Shown in pieces: positions 11,367 to 23,563 of a stretch of DNA of 64,000 nt. The notes beneath the pieces were generated by a model, which was not told the DNA's origin, did not search any database, and saw only the letters and a list, made by a program, of their open reading frames with translations. The stretch is from the NCBI RefSeq assembly GCF_902459465.1, contig NC_047068.1, positions 5,270,001 to 5,334,000 on the forward strand, read 5' to 3'. The number at the start of each line of letters is the position of its first letter. Within the stretch, counting starts at the first letter, position 1. Position numbers and translations under genes: made by a program. Source of the stretch: Asterias rubens (lineage: Eukaryota).

Positions 11367-14300
11367 CTAATTAGCCCTAACCAACCCAAACCCGCCACAA
11401 TTTACCTTGACCAACCCCGAACCAACTAAATAATTAACCCTAACCAACCCAAACCCGCCACAATTTACCTTGACCAACCCCGAACCAACTAAATAATTAA
11501 CCCTAACCAACCCAAACCCGCCACAATTTACCTTGACCAACCCCGAACCAACTAAATAATTAACCCTAACCAACCCAAACCCGCCACAATTTACCTTGAC
11601 CACCCCCGAACCAACTAAATAATTACCCCTAACCAACCCAAACCCGCCACAATTTACCTTGACCAACCCCGAACCAACTAAATAATTAACCCTAACCAAC
11701 CCAAACCCGCCATAATTTACCTTGACCAACCCCGAACCAACTAAATAATTAGCCCTAACCAACCCAAACCCGCCACAATTTACCTTGACCAACCCCGAAC
11801 CAACTAAATAATTAACCCTAACCAACCCAAACCCGCCACAATTTACCTTGACCAACCCCGAACCAACTAAATAATTAACCCTAACCAACCCAAACCCGCC
11901 ACAATTTACCTTGACCAACCCCGAACCAACTAAATAATTAGCCCTAACCAACCCAAACCCGCCACAATTTACCTTGACCAACCCCGAACCAACTAAATAA
12001 TTAACCCTAACCAACCCAAACCCGCCACAATTTACCTTGACCAACCCCGAACCAACTAAATAATTAACCTTAACCAACCCAAACCCGCCACAATTTACCT
12101 TGACCAACCCCGAACCAACTAAATAATTAACCCTAACCAACCCAAACCCGCCACAATTTACCTTGACCAACCCCGAACCAACTAAATAATTAACCTTAAC
12201 CAACCCAAACCCGCCACAATTTACCTTGACCAACCCCGAACCAACTAAATAATTAACCCTAACCAACCCAAACCCGCCACAATTTACCGTGACCAACCCC
12301 GAACCAACTAAATAATTAACCCTAACCAACCCAAACCCGCCACAATTTACCTTGACCAACCCCGAACCAACTAAATAATTAACCCTAACCAACCCAAACC
12401 CGCCACAATTTACCTTGACCAACCCCGAACCAACTAAATAATTAACCCTAACCAACCCAAACCCGCCATAATTTACCTTGACCAACCCCGAACCAACTAA
12501 ATAATTAACCCTAACCAACCCAAACCCGCCACAATTTACCTTGACCAACCCCGAACCAACTAAATAATTAACCCTAACCAACCCAAACCCGCCACAATTT
12601 ACCTTGACCAACCCCGAACCAACTAAATAATTAACCCTAACCAACCCAAACCCGCCACAATTTACCTTGACCAACCCCGAACCAACTAAATAATTAACCC
12701 TAACCAACCCAAACCCGCCACAATTTACCTTGACCAACCCCGAACCAACTAAATAATTAACCCTAACCAACCCAAACCCGCCACAATTTACCTTGACCAA
12801 CCCCGAACCAACTAAATAATTAACCCTAACCAACCCAAACCCGCCACAATTTACCGTGACCAACCCCGAACCAACTAAATAATTAACCCTAACCAACCCA
12901 AACCCGCCACAATTTACCTTGACCAACCCCGAACCAACTAAATAATTAACCCTAACCAACCCAAACCCGCCACAATTTACCTTGACCAACCCCGAACCAA
13001 CTAAATAATTAACCCTAACCAACCCAAACCCGCCATAATTTACCTTGACCAACCCCGAACCAACTAAATAATTAACCCTAACCAACCCAAACCCGCCACA
13101 ATTTACCTTGACCAACCCCGAACCAACTAAATAATTAACCCTAACCAACCCAAACCCGCCACAATTTACCTTGACCAACCCCGAACCAACTAAATAATTA
13201 ACCCTAACCAACCCAAACCCGCCATAATTTACCTTGACCAACCCCGAACCAACTAAATAATTAACCCTAACCAACCCAAACCCGCCACAATTTACCTTGA
13301 CCAACCCCGAACCAACTAAATAATTAACCCTAACCAACCCAAACCCGCCACAATTTACCTTGACCAACCCCGAACCAACTAAATAATTAACCCTAACCAA
13401 CCCAAACCCGCCACAATTTACCTTGACCAACCCCGAACCAACTAAATAATTAACCCTAACCAACCCAAACCCGCCACAATTTACCTTGACCAACCCCGAA
13501 CCAACTAAATAATTAGCCCTAACCAACCCAAACCCGCCACAATTTACCGTGACCAACCCCGAACCAACTAAATAATTAACCCTAACCAACCCAAACCCGC
13601 CACAATTTACCTTGACCAACCCCGAACCAACTAAATAATTAACCCTAACCAACCCAAACCCGCCATAATTTACCTTGACCAACCCCGAACCAACTAAATA
13701 ATTAACCCTAACCAACCCAAACCCGCCATAATTTACCTTGACCAACCCCGAACCAACTAAATAATTAACCCCAACCAACCCAAACCCGCCACAATTTACC
13801 TTGACCAACCCCGAACCAACTAAATAATTAACCCTAACCAACCCAAACCCGCCACAATTTACCTTGACCAACCACGAACCAACTAAATAATTAACCCTAA
13901 CCAACCCAAACCCGCCATAATTTACCTTGACCAACCCCGAACCAACTAAATAATTAACCCTAACCAACCCAAACCCGCCACAATTTACCTTGACCAACCC
14001 CGAACCAACTAAATAATTAACCCTAACCAACCCAAACCCGCCATAATTTACCTTGACCAACCCCGAACCAACTAAATAATTAACCCTAACCAACCCAAAC
14101 CCGCCACAATTTACCTTGACCAACCCCGAACCAACTAAATAATTAACCCTAACCAACCCAAACCCGCCACAATTTACCTTGACCAACCCCGAACCAACTA
14201 AATAATTAACCCTAACCAACCCAAACCCGCCACAATTTACCTTGACCAACCCCGAACCAACTAAATAATTAACCCTAACCAACCCAAACCCGCCACAATT

Positions 14301-14507
14301 TACCTTGACCAACCCCGAACCAACTAAATAATTAACCCTAACCAACCCAAACCCGCCACAATTTACCTTGACCAACCCCGAACCAACTAAATAATTAACC
14401 CTAACCAACCCAAACCCGCCACAATTTACCTTGACCAACCCCGAACCAACTAAATAATTAACCTTAACCAACCCAAACCCGCCACAATTTACCTTGACCA
14501 ACCCCGA
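11367..14507. repeat. 63-bp minisatellite array 2 (about 50 copies)
   Basis: Same monomer and the same point variants as array 1. Confidence 0.98.
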
Positions 14508-15126
14508 CCCTTTCAAAATTAACCCTAACCTACGCCGACTCTCCAACATTAACTGACTGACTCTATGTAAGCATTATTAGGAAAGGAATATTGTTTCTAA
14601 AGTATCATTTTGTGATTCAACAAAAATAGACTCAGCCTGTTATGGGCAAACCTGATGGGACCGACTTAACCAGAAAGACTCTGCTAGGGTCGAAACATGA
14701 GCCCATGTACTATCTTTTGTATATTAATCTCCTGAATTTCAAAAATCTCTCTTCTTTTTTTTTAGCAAAATACCATATTTTGGGGGAAATTTCTGGAAAA
14801 TACAACAAATGTATCCCCATATACTCCATACAAACCAGATTTATTTCCTTATATACACAATGAAGATTATTTGATCCTTTACGGTAAAAGATAATTGAAT
14901 ACGATGAAACCACAAATCCAAACACGTCATTGGTTAATTTGCATATTCATATTTTTCTTGACTTTTTATTGATTGCATTGTTAAGATGGGAGAGCTTGTG
15001 TGCCAGTTTCTTTTGTGTTTGTTTTGATCGTTTTATAATTCCATTCTCGTGAAGGTTATACTTTTTGCTTGGTGTCTATTTTTGTTTAAACTGGAAGTAG
15101 TGTTGTCATGAGTTGATGTCGTGACG

Positions 15127-15330
15127 ATGGCGAGCAAACTACTGGGTGTTGTTGGTATATTTATAATGGCAAACTACGCTGCCGGCAATGGGCAGTGTGT
15201 GGCCTCCATCAGAGGAACATCACAATGCCCTTCTTCTTGGAGGCAGTGGCGAGACAAATGCTACAAGATGCATTATGCTGACGTTACATGGGAAGAGGGC
15301 AAGCAGCAGTGTGTTGAGTTGGGTGGGGTG
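15127..15330 (+). pseudogene. C-type lectin copy 2, truncated exon 1
   Basis: Homologous to 4168 onwards until GGTGGGGTG, then replaced by an insertion with a stop at 15346-15348. No exon 2 follows before the next repeat unit. Confidence 0.85.
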
Positions 15331-15533
15331 TGCGGCACCATAATGTAGCCAGAGCCCTAAATGTAGCCTGACCTAAATGTAGCCCCAAACATGTACCTAA
15401 ATGTAGCCTGGACCTAAATGTAGCCCCAAACATGTACCTAGATGTAGCCCGGACCTTAATGTAGCCCCAAACATGTACCTAGATGTACCTCGGACCTAAA
15501 TGAACTTAGCCACAGACATGACACTACTGCTTT
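15331..15533. mobile_element. End of an unclassified element with ATGTAGCC/CCTAAATGT subrepeats
   Basis: Begins TGCGGCACCATAATGTAGCC. The same terminus occurs inverted at about 30540-30590 in an unrelated context, and the sequence is duplicated at 16720-16922. Confidence 0.6.
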
Positions 15534-15903
15534 AATAATTAACCCTAACCAACCCAAACCCGCCACAATTTACCTTGACCAACCCCGAACCAACTAAATA
15601 ATTAACCCTAACCAACCCAAACCCGCCACAATTTACCTTGACCAACCCCGAACCAACTAAATAATTAACCCTAACCAACCCAAACCCGCCACAATTTACC
15701 TTGACCAACCCCCAACCACCTAAATAATTAACCCTAACCAACCCAAACCCGCCACAATTTACCTTGACCAACCCCGAACCAACTAAATAATTAACCCTAA
15801 CCAACCCAAACCCGCCACAATTTACCTTGACCAACCCCGAACCAACTAAATAATTAACCTTAACCAACCCAAACCCGCCACAATTTACCTTGACCAACCC
15901 CGA
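15534..15903. repeat. 63-bp minisatellite array 3 (about 6 copies)
   Basis: Same monomer; forms the left end of a 1389-bp tandem duplication. Confidence 0.95.
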
Positions 15904-16946
15904 CCCTTTCAAAATTAACCCTAACCTACGCCGACTCTCCAACATTAACTGACTGACTCTATGTAAGCGTTATTAGGAAAGGAATATTGTTTCTAAAGTA
16001 TCATTTTGTGATTCAACAAAAATAGACTCAGCCTGTTATGGGCAAACCTGATGGGACCGACTTAACCAGAAAGACTCTGCTAGGGTCGAAACATGAGCCC
16101 ATGTACTATCTTTTGTATATTAATCTCCTGAATTTCAAAAATCTCTCTTCTTTTTTTTAGCAAAATACCATATTTTGGGGGAAATTTCTGGAAAATACAA
16201 CAAATGTATCCCCATATACTCCATACAAACCAGATTTATTTCCTTATATACACAATGAAGATTATTTGATCCTTTACGGTAAAAGGAATACGATGAAACC
16301 ACAAATCCAAACACGTCATTGGTTAATTTGCATATTCATATTTTTCTTGACTTTTTATTGATTGCATTGTTAAGATGGGAGAGCTCGTGTGCCAGTTTCT
16401 TTTGTGTTTGTTTTGATCGTTTTATAATTCCATTCTCGTGAAGGTTATACTTTTTGCTTGGTGTCTATTTTTGTTTAAACTGGAAGTAGTGTTGTCATGA
16501 GTTGATGTCGTGACGATGGCGAGCAAACTACTGGGTGTTGTTGGTATATTTATAATGGCAAACTACGCTGCCGGCAATGGGCAGTGTGTGGCCTCCATCA
16601 GAGGAACATCACAATGCCCTTCTTCTTGGAGGCAGTGGCGAGACAAATGCTACAAGATGCATTATGCTGACGTTACATGGGAAGAGGGCAAGCAGCAGTG
16701 TGTTGAGTTGGGTGGGGTGTGCGGCACCATAATGTAGCCAGAGCCCTAAATGTAGCCTGACCTAAATGTAGCCCCAAACATGTACCTAAATGTAGCCTGG
16801 ACCTAAATGTAGCCCCAAACATGTACCTAGATGTAGCCCGGACCTTAATGTAGCCCCAAACATGTACCTAGATGTACCTCGGACCTAAATGAACTTAGCC
16901 ACAGACATGACACTACTGCTTTTATGGTGTTCAAAAAAAGACACTT

Positions 16947-17088
16947 CGCGTCGCGGTCGCCTTCGCCATCGCCGTTGGCGTCGCCGTCGCCTTCGCCATC
17001 GTCGTCGCCGTCGCAGTCGCCTTCGCCGTCGCAGTCGCCTTCGCCGTCGCCGTCGCAGTTGTCGTCGCCGTCGCCGTCGCCGTCGCCT
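16947..17088. repeat. Imperfect (GTCGCC)n GC-rich hexamer tract inside the lectin insertion
   Basis: Directly visible; explains the poly-Arg and Gly-Asp ORFs in the track. Confidence 0.9.
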
Positions 17089-17348
17089 CCGGACTCTTGA
17101 GGGCGCTCTGAAGAAGAGATACAACATCTACTCAAGATGTGCAGCTACGATAGGTTCTGGATTAGTTGCAACGACATTCAAACTGCAGGTGTGTACATAA
17201 TTAAGGAAATTATAATTCATTAGAATTCGGGGCTATTTTTACGACAAATCGCAATATACAAGGCCAAAATGCCAACCGCGGTGAGGGCTACAAGATAAGT
17301 GAGGACAAATCCAACAGTTCACGAAACCAAATGTATCTTTGCCTTTAA

Positions 17349-17712
17349 AGGCACTGGAAAAGTTTGATAATTGTCAAAGACCAGTATTCTCACTTGGTGT
17401 ATCTCAACATCATGCAAAATAAAAATCATGTGCAAATTTGAACTCAATTGGTCGCCGAAGTTGCGAGATAATAATTGAAGAAAAAACACCTTGTCACACG
17501 AAGTTGTGTGCTTTCTCATGCTTGATTTCGGGAATCGAAATCAAATTCAAATATTTTAGTGGAAAATTACTTCTTTCTCGAAAACTACGTTACTTCAGAG
17601 GGAGCCGTTTCTCACAATGTTTTATACTTGCAACAGCTCTCCTGTGCTTTGAACCAAGTAAATTGTTATGCTAACAATTATATTGAGTAATTACCAATAG
17701 TGTCAAGTGCCT
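17349..17712. mobile_element. Kolobok-like MITE, subfamily A, in the lectin copy 3 intron
   Basis: TTAA|AGGCACTGG ... CAAGTGCCT|TTAA; internal homology to 5832-6219. Confidence 0.8.
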
Positions 17713-19437
17713 TTAAGATAACCTGAGTTATCAATGCACCGTTACCAATGACATTATCTTAATGTGGTTAATTATATATTCATAAATACCTCAGACAGTT
17801 TCACTATTCCTATTGGTGGAGAGTGCGTAACGCGGGGTTGTTTAAACCTTTGATAATGACCAGTGTTTATAACCGGTTGTGAGCGGATACTCCGCGCTAG
17901 TCTTGGTGCAAGAGGTTTCTTGTTCCGGGCGATGCGGGCGCTGTCGGTAAGATGGCCGCGCTGTGTGTGAAAAGAAAACGAGAACGTGTTGCACCAAGAC
18001 TATACGCGCATGTGCACGAACGGAGCCGGAAACTGTCGGAAATAAGCGTCTCAGTCGTAACAATGCAACACACGGACGTCGTAGTCGTACGTGTACATGT
18101 ACATACAGAGCTCAAGCACGTCGGAAACGGATACGTTTTACAGTGTGTCTCACTGTACGCCTTTTAACCCAAAAAACATTTATGAATTGGAATAAAACCG
18201 TTTAAAACCTTGCAGGGTCGTTGCCGTGTGATAAAGGCCCTCACACACGGCAACGACCCTGCCGGTTCTCGGCGGCCGTGAAAGAACTCGTCGCTACACT
18301 TTTATTCCCTTCATAAACATTTAACATCATTTACACAACAGTAAACCACTGATTGAAACAATGGACGCACTACTTTAAGTTGTGTGCGTTCCATCCGGTG
18401 GATATGCGAATAAACCCTCTGTATACCCCCATCTTCTGAGTCCCCATGCTACATTAATAAGTATAAGTTGTTATGCCAATAACTCTTTGAAGTAACAATA
18501 CGTCCAGTGAATTTTAAGTACCACCAAGTTTTTAAAATGTGATAAAACCCAAGTTTTAAAAATGTGATCAAACTATATTTCTGATTGACTTGTTTCAGGT
18601 ACCTGGGTGTGTTTGGGTGAAGGTACTATTGGCGTAGATGACAAGAGATGGTATGTAACTCAACCAAATAACCAATTCGGTGACCAATCTTGCGTCGAAG
18701 TCTTTGTTTATCCACGAGGCGGCACTTCAGCAGGCTGGCATGATAGGGAATGTCATCTCCCTCGCAAGTTAATCTGCCAGCGCCCAACAGTATCCTCAGC
18801 AATGCTGCACATGTAAAAGGTGGCTCAATATTCTTGAAAACTATTTTTGTTAAAGGTATAGGCTACACATTGCCTTCGGATCTCTCAAAATGTCGCTGTT
18901 TGCAAATGTTCCTTATCCTGTTTAAAGAGGAGTGATTTACGCAGAACAAACGGTCCAACATTATGTGGAGTAAAATAATTTTGTCTTTAAAAAGTAGAAT
19001 GTGTTCCGTCATGAAAATTACTCCCCCCCCCCCCAAATAAAAAACACATCCAAACTAAATGATAAATAATATTATAAAATAATATTTCCAATCGTATTCA
19101 ATTAATAACAAACGCTTTGTAATCCAATAGCGCCCAATCCGAAGACAACGTGTCATTTAGTGGTTATTTGCTCATGCGCCTTCTTTGTAATCTGGTCTTG
19201 GACCATTTTGCTGTTTAAGAAGAAAAAATTTGTTTGTGGAATAATCTATCTTTATAGTTTTACCAAAGTATTTGGAGATAAGTTTCTCTCAAAAATGATA
19301 TTTAAAATATATTCTGAAAGCGGAGCAATTGCCAACATAATTTATTATTCTATTGTTTTCTATCATTGTTATTATAAAGAGCAAACAAACTGTGATTGTA
19401 ATAATAGTTTCATGATTGTGCGAAAAAAACACCTTTA

Positions 19438-22400
19438 AACTAGACATTAGGTGTTTGTGAACAAACACAAAGCTGTTCCGTGTTGTTTTGCTTTGATTAT
19501 GTGCTTCATCGATGACCAGGGATTTATACTCTGAAAAATGTTTTTAAAAATGTTTAGTAGTTCTTGAGATATGGTCCCACTTCCCGTCACGGTTTTTCAA
19601 AGTCACTATTATGCCTAAGGAGTCTATAACTGAAAAAAGGATTGACATCGGTTGTGTAGTTCTTGAAATATGGTCCCACTTCCGGTTCACCTGGAAATAG
19701 AGGTCAACATGGGGTCACGGGTTTTCACAGTCAATATTAATGTCTTAGGAGTTTGTAACTGAAAAAAATATGAAAATCGGTTAAGTAGTTCTGGAGATAG
19801 GGTCCCACTTCCGGTTAACCCGGAAGTAGAGGTCAAATTAAGGTCACGATTTTTCCAAATTTTTCTCCTATCCCTAAAGAGTCCTTAACTACAAACAAGT
19901 TAAAAATCAGCCCTTTACTTCTTGAGATCTGGTGTTTCAAAGATTTCCCAATTAAATATGCAAATGAGGGTCACGTGGTTGATGAATTAATAACTTAAAA
20001 ACAAAATTTCATTAGGAATTAAACTTAGGTTCAAAGCTTGATAAATGATTTCACTGGTTATGGTTTAGAAGAATAGGCTGAAACAAAAAACAAATTACTG
20101 GTCAGTAGAGGGCGGTATGTAAGATGAGTGGTCTTTCTATATCACCATCTCCTTTTCCTAGTTAATTGTTTAGTTGAAATGTTATCTCAAAAGTTTGATT
20201 AACAAGATGAATAAATGTAAAGAAAACCTAATATTTGACTCAGGATTGTTTGATTTGTTGGTTTCTTGAGTTGAATGCAGTACTTTCAGAGTCCATTGTC
20301 ATGTGACAAACCAATTAATTAAGGATAAAATCCTTGTATTTTGTAGGTGGTTTGATGTTTGATCTAGAACGAAAGGATTTCACTGAACTTTTAACGGCCA
20401 CCAAACTCTGCGCTTACGTTCACCATATTCCGCTTACTGTGCAAGCGCAGAATATAATGTGCGAGCTTGGAAGCACAAACGAAAGAAATCCCTGCTAAGC
20501 AGTCTATTTTGCTTGACGCAAGCGCAGAATTCACTGCTTCTGCTTAGCACTGGTTCTTTGCTTCCAGAGCAGAGCATGACATTGGGCACATTCCCACAGG
20601 ATTTTTCATTATGCAAGTTCCCATCATGATAGGCCTAGGTGACTAGTGAAACTTACCTTCGACTAGTCGCACCTCAAACCCAACTACGACACTTGTTGAG
20701 ATAAATTACGGATTCTCAAGATTTGTGCCGCAATGTGCCGCAAGCGACACATGTTGCGATTAGTAGTAACCAGGACAACTGTTTCACGAAACAGGTAATC
20801 CGGACTTTTTTTGTAGTCAACATGTAGGCACAACTTTAACGGAGTGGGGAAAAACAGTAGTCGCGACTCTAATACTAATTTGTAGTCGCGACTTAAACAC
20901 TAAACCACACTAGTCGCCCTGGCCTACTTTTGCACAAGAAAAGCACGGTTATCCTGCGAAAGCAAACCACATTTTTAAGTCACTGTTTTTGCAGTGAATG
21001 TTACGCAGAAGTTGAGCACAATAGTAATCGCAGCAGATTTTTTGTTGCGAATTGTCACGCTCATCAAGAACACATTCCCTGTGTGCCCAGATGTTAAATA
21101 CGCTTAGCGTAAGCACAATTCCCCGATTATGTAAGCGCTGCGACTCTTTCCTTTTAAAGCCATTGGCCCAGGACCAAACCAAACTAAACACAAAAAGCAG
21201 CTAAACACAGCAAATACCATTCCTCATGTACAAACTGCAAGTTGTGAATCCAGGTATTCTGCTCAATTTCTGCAGTTTATATAAAATGTTTTGCCTTATT
21301 ATTATAAGCAGCTCTATAACATTGAGCCACTCAACCACCAGAGAAACGTCGACCAGCATAATAAAATCTCTGATTTTGTATTCCTGTCAAAGAGTTTTTG
21401 TTTGTCATGGTCTAATTTCCGAAAGTAAAGCGAAATACTAAAATTAGTTTAGGCAACTGGTCCCCGGTGCGAACAAGGTTACTTCACCCGTAAATCGTTC
21501 CAAATCCCAGGCGTTAAAATTACAAGTATACACTTAACACTACATCATTATGATTCACCACAAGACACTTACAGTCTTTACATGCATTGATAGTAGGCCT
21601 ACCATTTCGATGGTTATTTATAAAGTGTATGCCGTGTAAACTTCCAAATCTCAGGCAGGTGTACTCGTCCATGCACGGTCCACTTTTCCTCGTACATGAT
21701 GCCTTTGATCGAAGCCAAATAAGTAAAGAAACAAGTTTGTATGTTTCACATAGGTTTGTCTTCAGTGATAAGGTTTAGAAAGAAAAGGCTGGCACTTTGT
21801 GTTGATTGACAACATACATAGAGCGAAAAAAATGCAAAAATAGCGCTATTTATTAGCAAAAAAAGTGGTTGTACGTAAATCGAAGAACCATGTATATGTA
21901 CGTTGAACTCCCTCCAAAGTGCGTACACCCATTAGAGATCACGCTGCGCGAGGACAACATCAGAATCGTTTTATTTTCCAGGAAAGAAGCATCTCATGAG
22001 CCAAAAATTTGAAAAATAAGAACATGTTGTACTGATTGTTTAAATGTAGGTACATATTTCTTTTTGTAAAAAAAAGTAAAATGTGTGATTCATAATATTG
22101 ATTTCGTCGATACTCTCGGAGGATTTCGAACTCAGATCGCCTGGGTAATAGCACCCGCGCTAAACCGCGGCCCCAATCGATCAATCGACACAGATCGGAT
22201 GATTTTATTCTTTATATAATAAGTGTATTAATTTATGACAAATAATTTCAAGATGACGTGACATAAAAAATTTCTTCATTTGGCACAACTACAATACCCA
22301 GAGAATCAAAATCTGAAAACAATTTGAAAATCGGACGTTTATGTTGGGAGATATGGTGTTAACAAGATTGCCTAATTAAATATTCACCTCGCTGTAAGTG

Positions 22401-22638
22401 GCTAATTAATGAAGATTGTTTACATTTTTTTACTTTAAGGTTAAAGTTTATGTTCTAAGCTCCAATTTAATATAGGATCTAACTCTTTCATATTAACGCT
22501 CTAGGATATTAGGCTTAAAATAAAAACGTGTACAAACCCTATGGGATTTAGGCAGAAACAAAGAATAATAATAATAATAAAAATAATAAAAATCTTGACA
22601 AAAACAATACCTGTTCCGACTAAGTCGGAACAGCTAAT
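19438..22638 (+). mobile_element. Helentron-associated non-autonomous (HINE/DINE-1-like) element ends with nested sequence
   Basis: 5' AACTAGAC, palindrome GTGTTTGT-GA-ACAAACAC (19451-19468) and subTIR AGCTGTTCCG (19471-19480). At the 3' end, an (AAT)n tract and hairpin CTGTTCCGAC-TAA-GTCGGAACAG followed by CTAAT (22611-22638) hold the inverted subTIR. Confidence 0.5.
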
Positions 22639-23159
22639 AAACTCACATTACCTTCGGCAGAATGATATGACGTCAATGTTAAAAGAAAACTCACACACAA
22701 GCCAGTTGTAAAACGTAAGTTTTTTGTATTGAACATATGATTATTATTCTTTCTTTTTCTTAAAACGGAGTAGGAACTTATTAACTTCAAAATTATAAAG
22801 AGTTTGCTTTTTGAAGGTCAATCATTTTTGGAAATTATTATGGTTTTTGCAAATGTTCAATTAGTTTTCTGGAAACTCTTTTCTCTAACTGACATCTCAA
22901 AACAACTATTGTTGAAAATGAATTTTAAGACGCCAAAAAAATAAAGAAATACTTCTCCAAACAACCATGCGTACGCCGTTTATGAAAACTTGGGCCTCGA
23001 TCGATATGATGTGCAACACTTGTTGCTCATATACGTTTGATGTTATGACTGTTTGAAAGTGAAATAATGTTGCATCTCGAACAAAAGGCCTGGAGAGGCC
23101 GGAAGGTTTGCCTGGAAAGGCCGGATGGTTTGTCAATATTTTGACAACTGTACTTTCAT

Positions 23160-23551
23160 CAGTGTCACACTATTGGTAATTACTCAAAATAATTATCAGC
23201 ATAAAACCTTACTTGGTAACGAGTAATGGGGAGCTGTTGATAGTATACAACATTGTGAGAAACGGCTTTCTATGAAGTGACGTAGTTTTCGAGAAAGAAG
23301 TAATTTTCCACGAATTTGATTTCAAGACTTCAGATTTAGAATTTGAGGTCTTGAAATCAAGCATCTGAAAGCACACAACTTCGTGTGACCATGGCGCGAC
23401 AAGGTTTTTTTTTTTTTCCTTTCATTAATATCTCGCAACTTGGATGACCGATTGAGCTCAAATTTTCACAGGTTTGTTATTTTATGCATATGTTGAGATA
23501 CACCAAGTGAGAAGACTGTTCTTTGACAATTACCAATAGTGTCCAGAGTAT
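23160..23551. mobile_element. Kolobok-like MITE, subfamily A (degenerate left end)
   Basis: ACACTATTGGTAATTACTCAAAATAA ... TTACCAATAGTGTCCAG, TTAA on the right. Confidence 0.75.
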
Positions 23552-23563
23552 TTAACGACTACA

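Larger units (their letters stand above)
16516..18816 (+). pseudogene. C-type lectin copy 3, exon 1 interrupted by a 387-bp insertion; exon 2 intact
   Basis: Exon 1 homology spans 16516-16719 and 17107-17188 (donor GCAG|GT). Exon 2 at 18599-18816 encodes the same peptide as copy 1. WIG has become WIS. Confidence 0.75.

Noticed and set aside
739-14549. 931-aa and 1060-aa minus-strand ORFs of (GLVRVNYLVGSGLVKVNCGGF)n, plus the 137-aa ORF at 15532-15945
   Set aside because: A 63-bp unit with one stop-free frame gives long ORFs automatically. The variants are mostly non-synonymous, and there is no ATG start in array 1 and no unique domain. Only ribosome profiling or proteomics could rescue them.
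16845-17200. Poly-Arg and Gly-Asp ORFs (protamine-like appearance)
   Set aside because: They are translations of the (GTCGCC)n tract in several frames on both strands.
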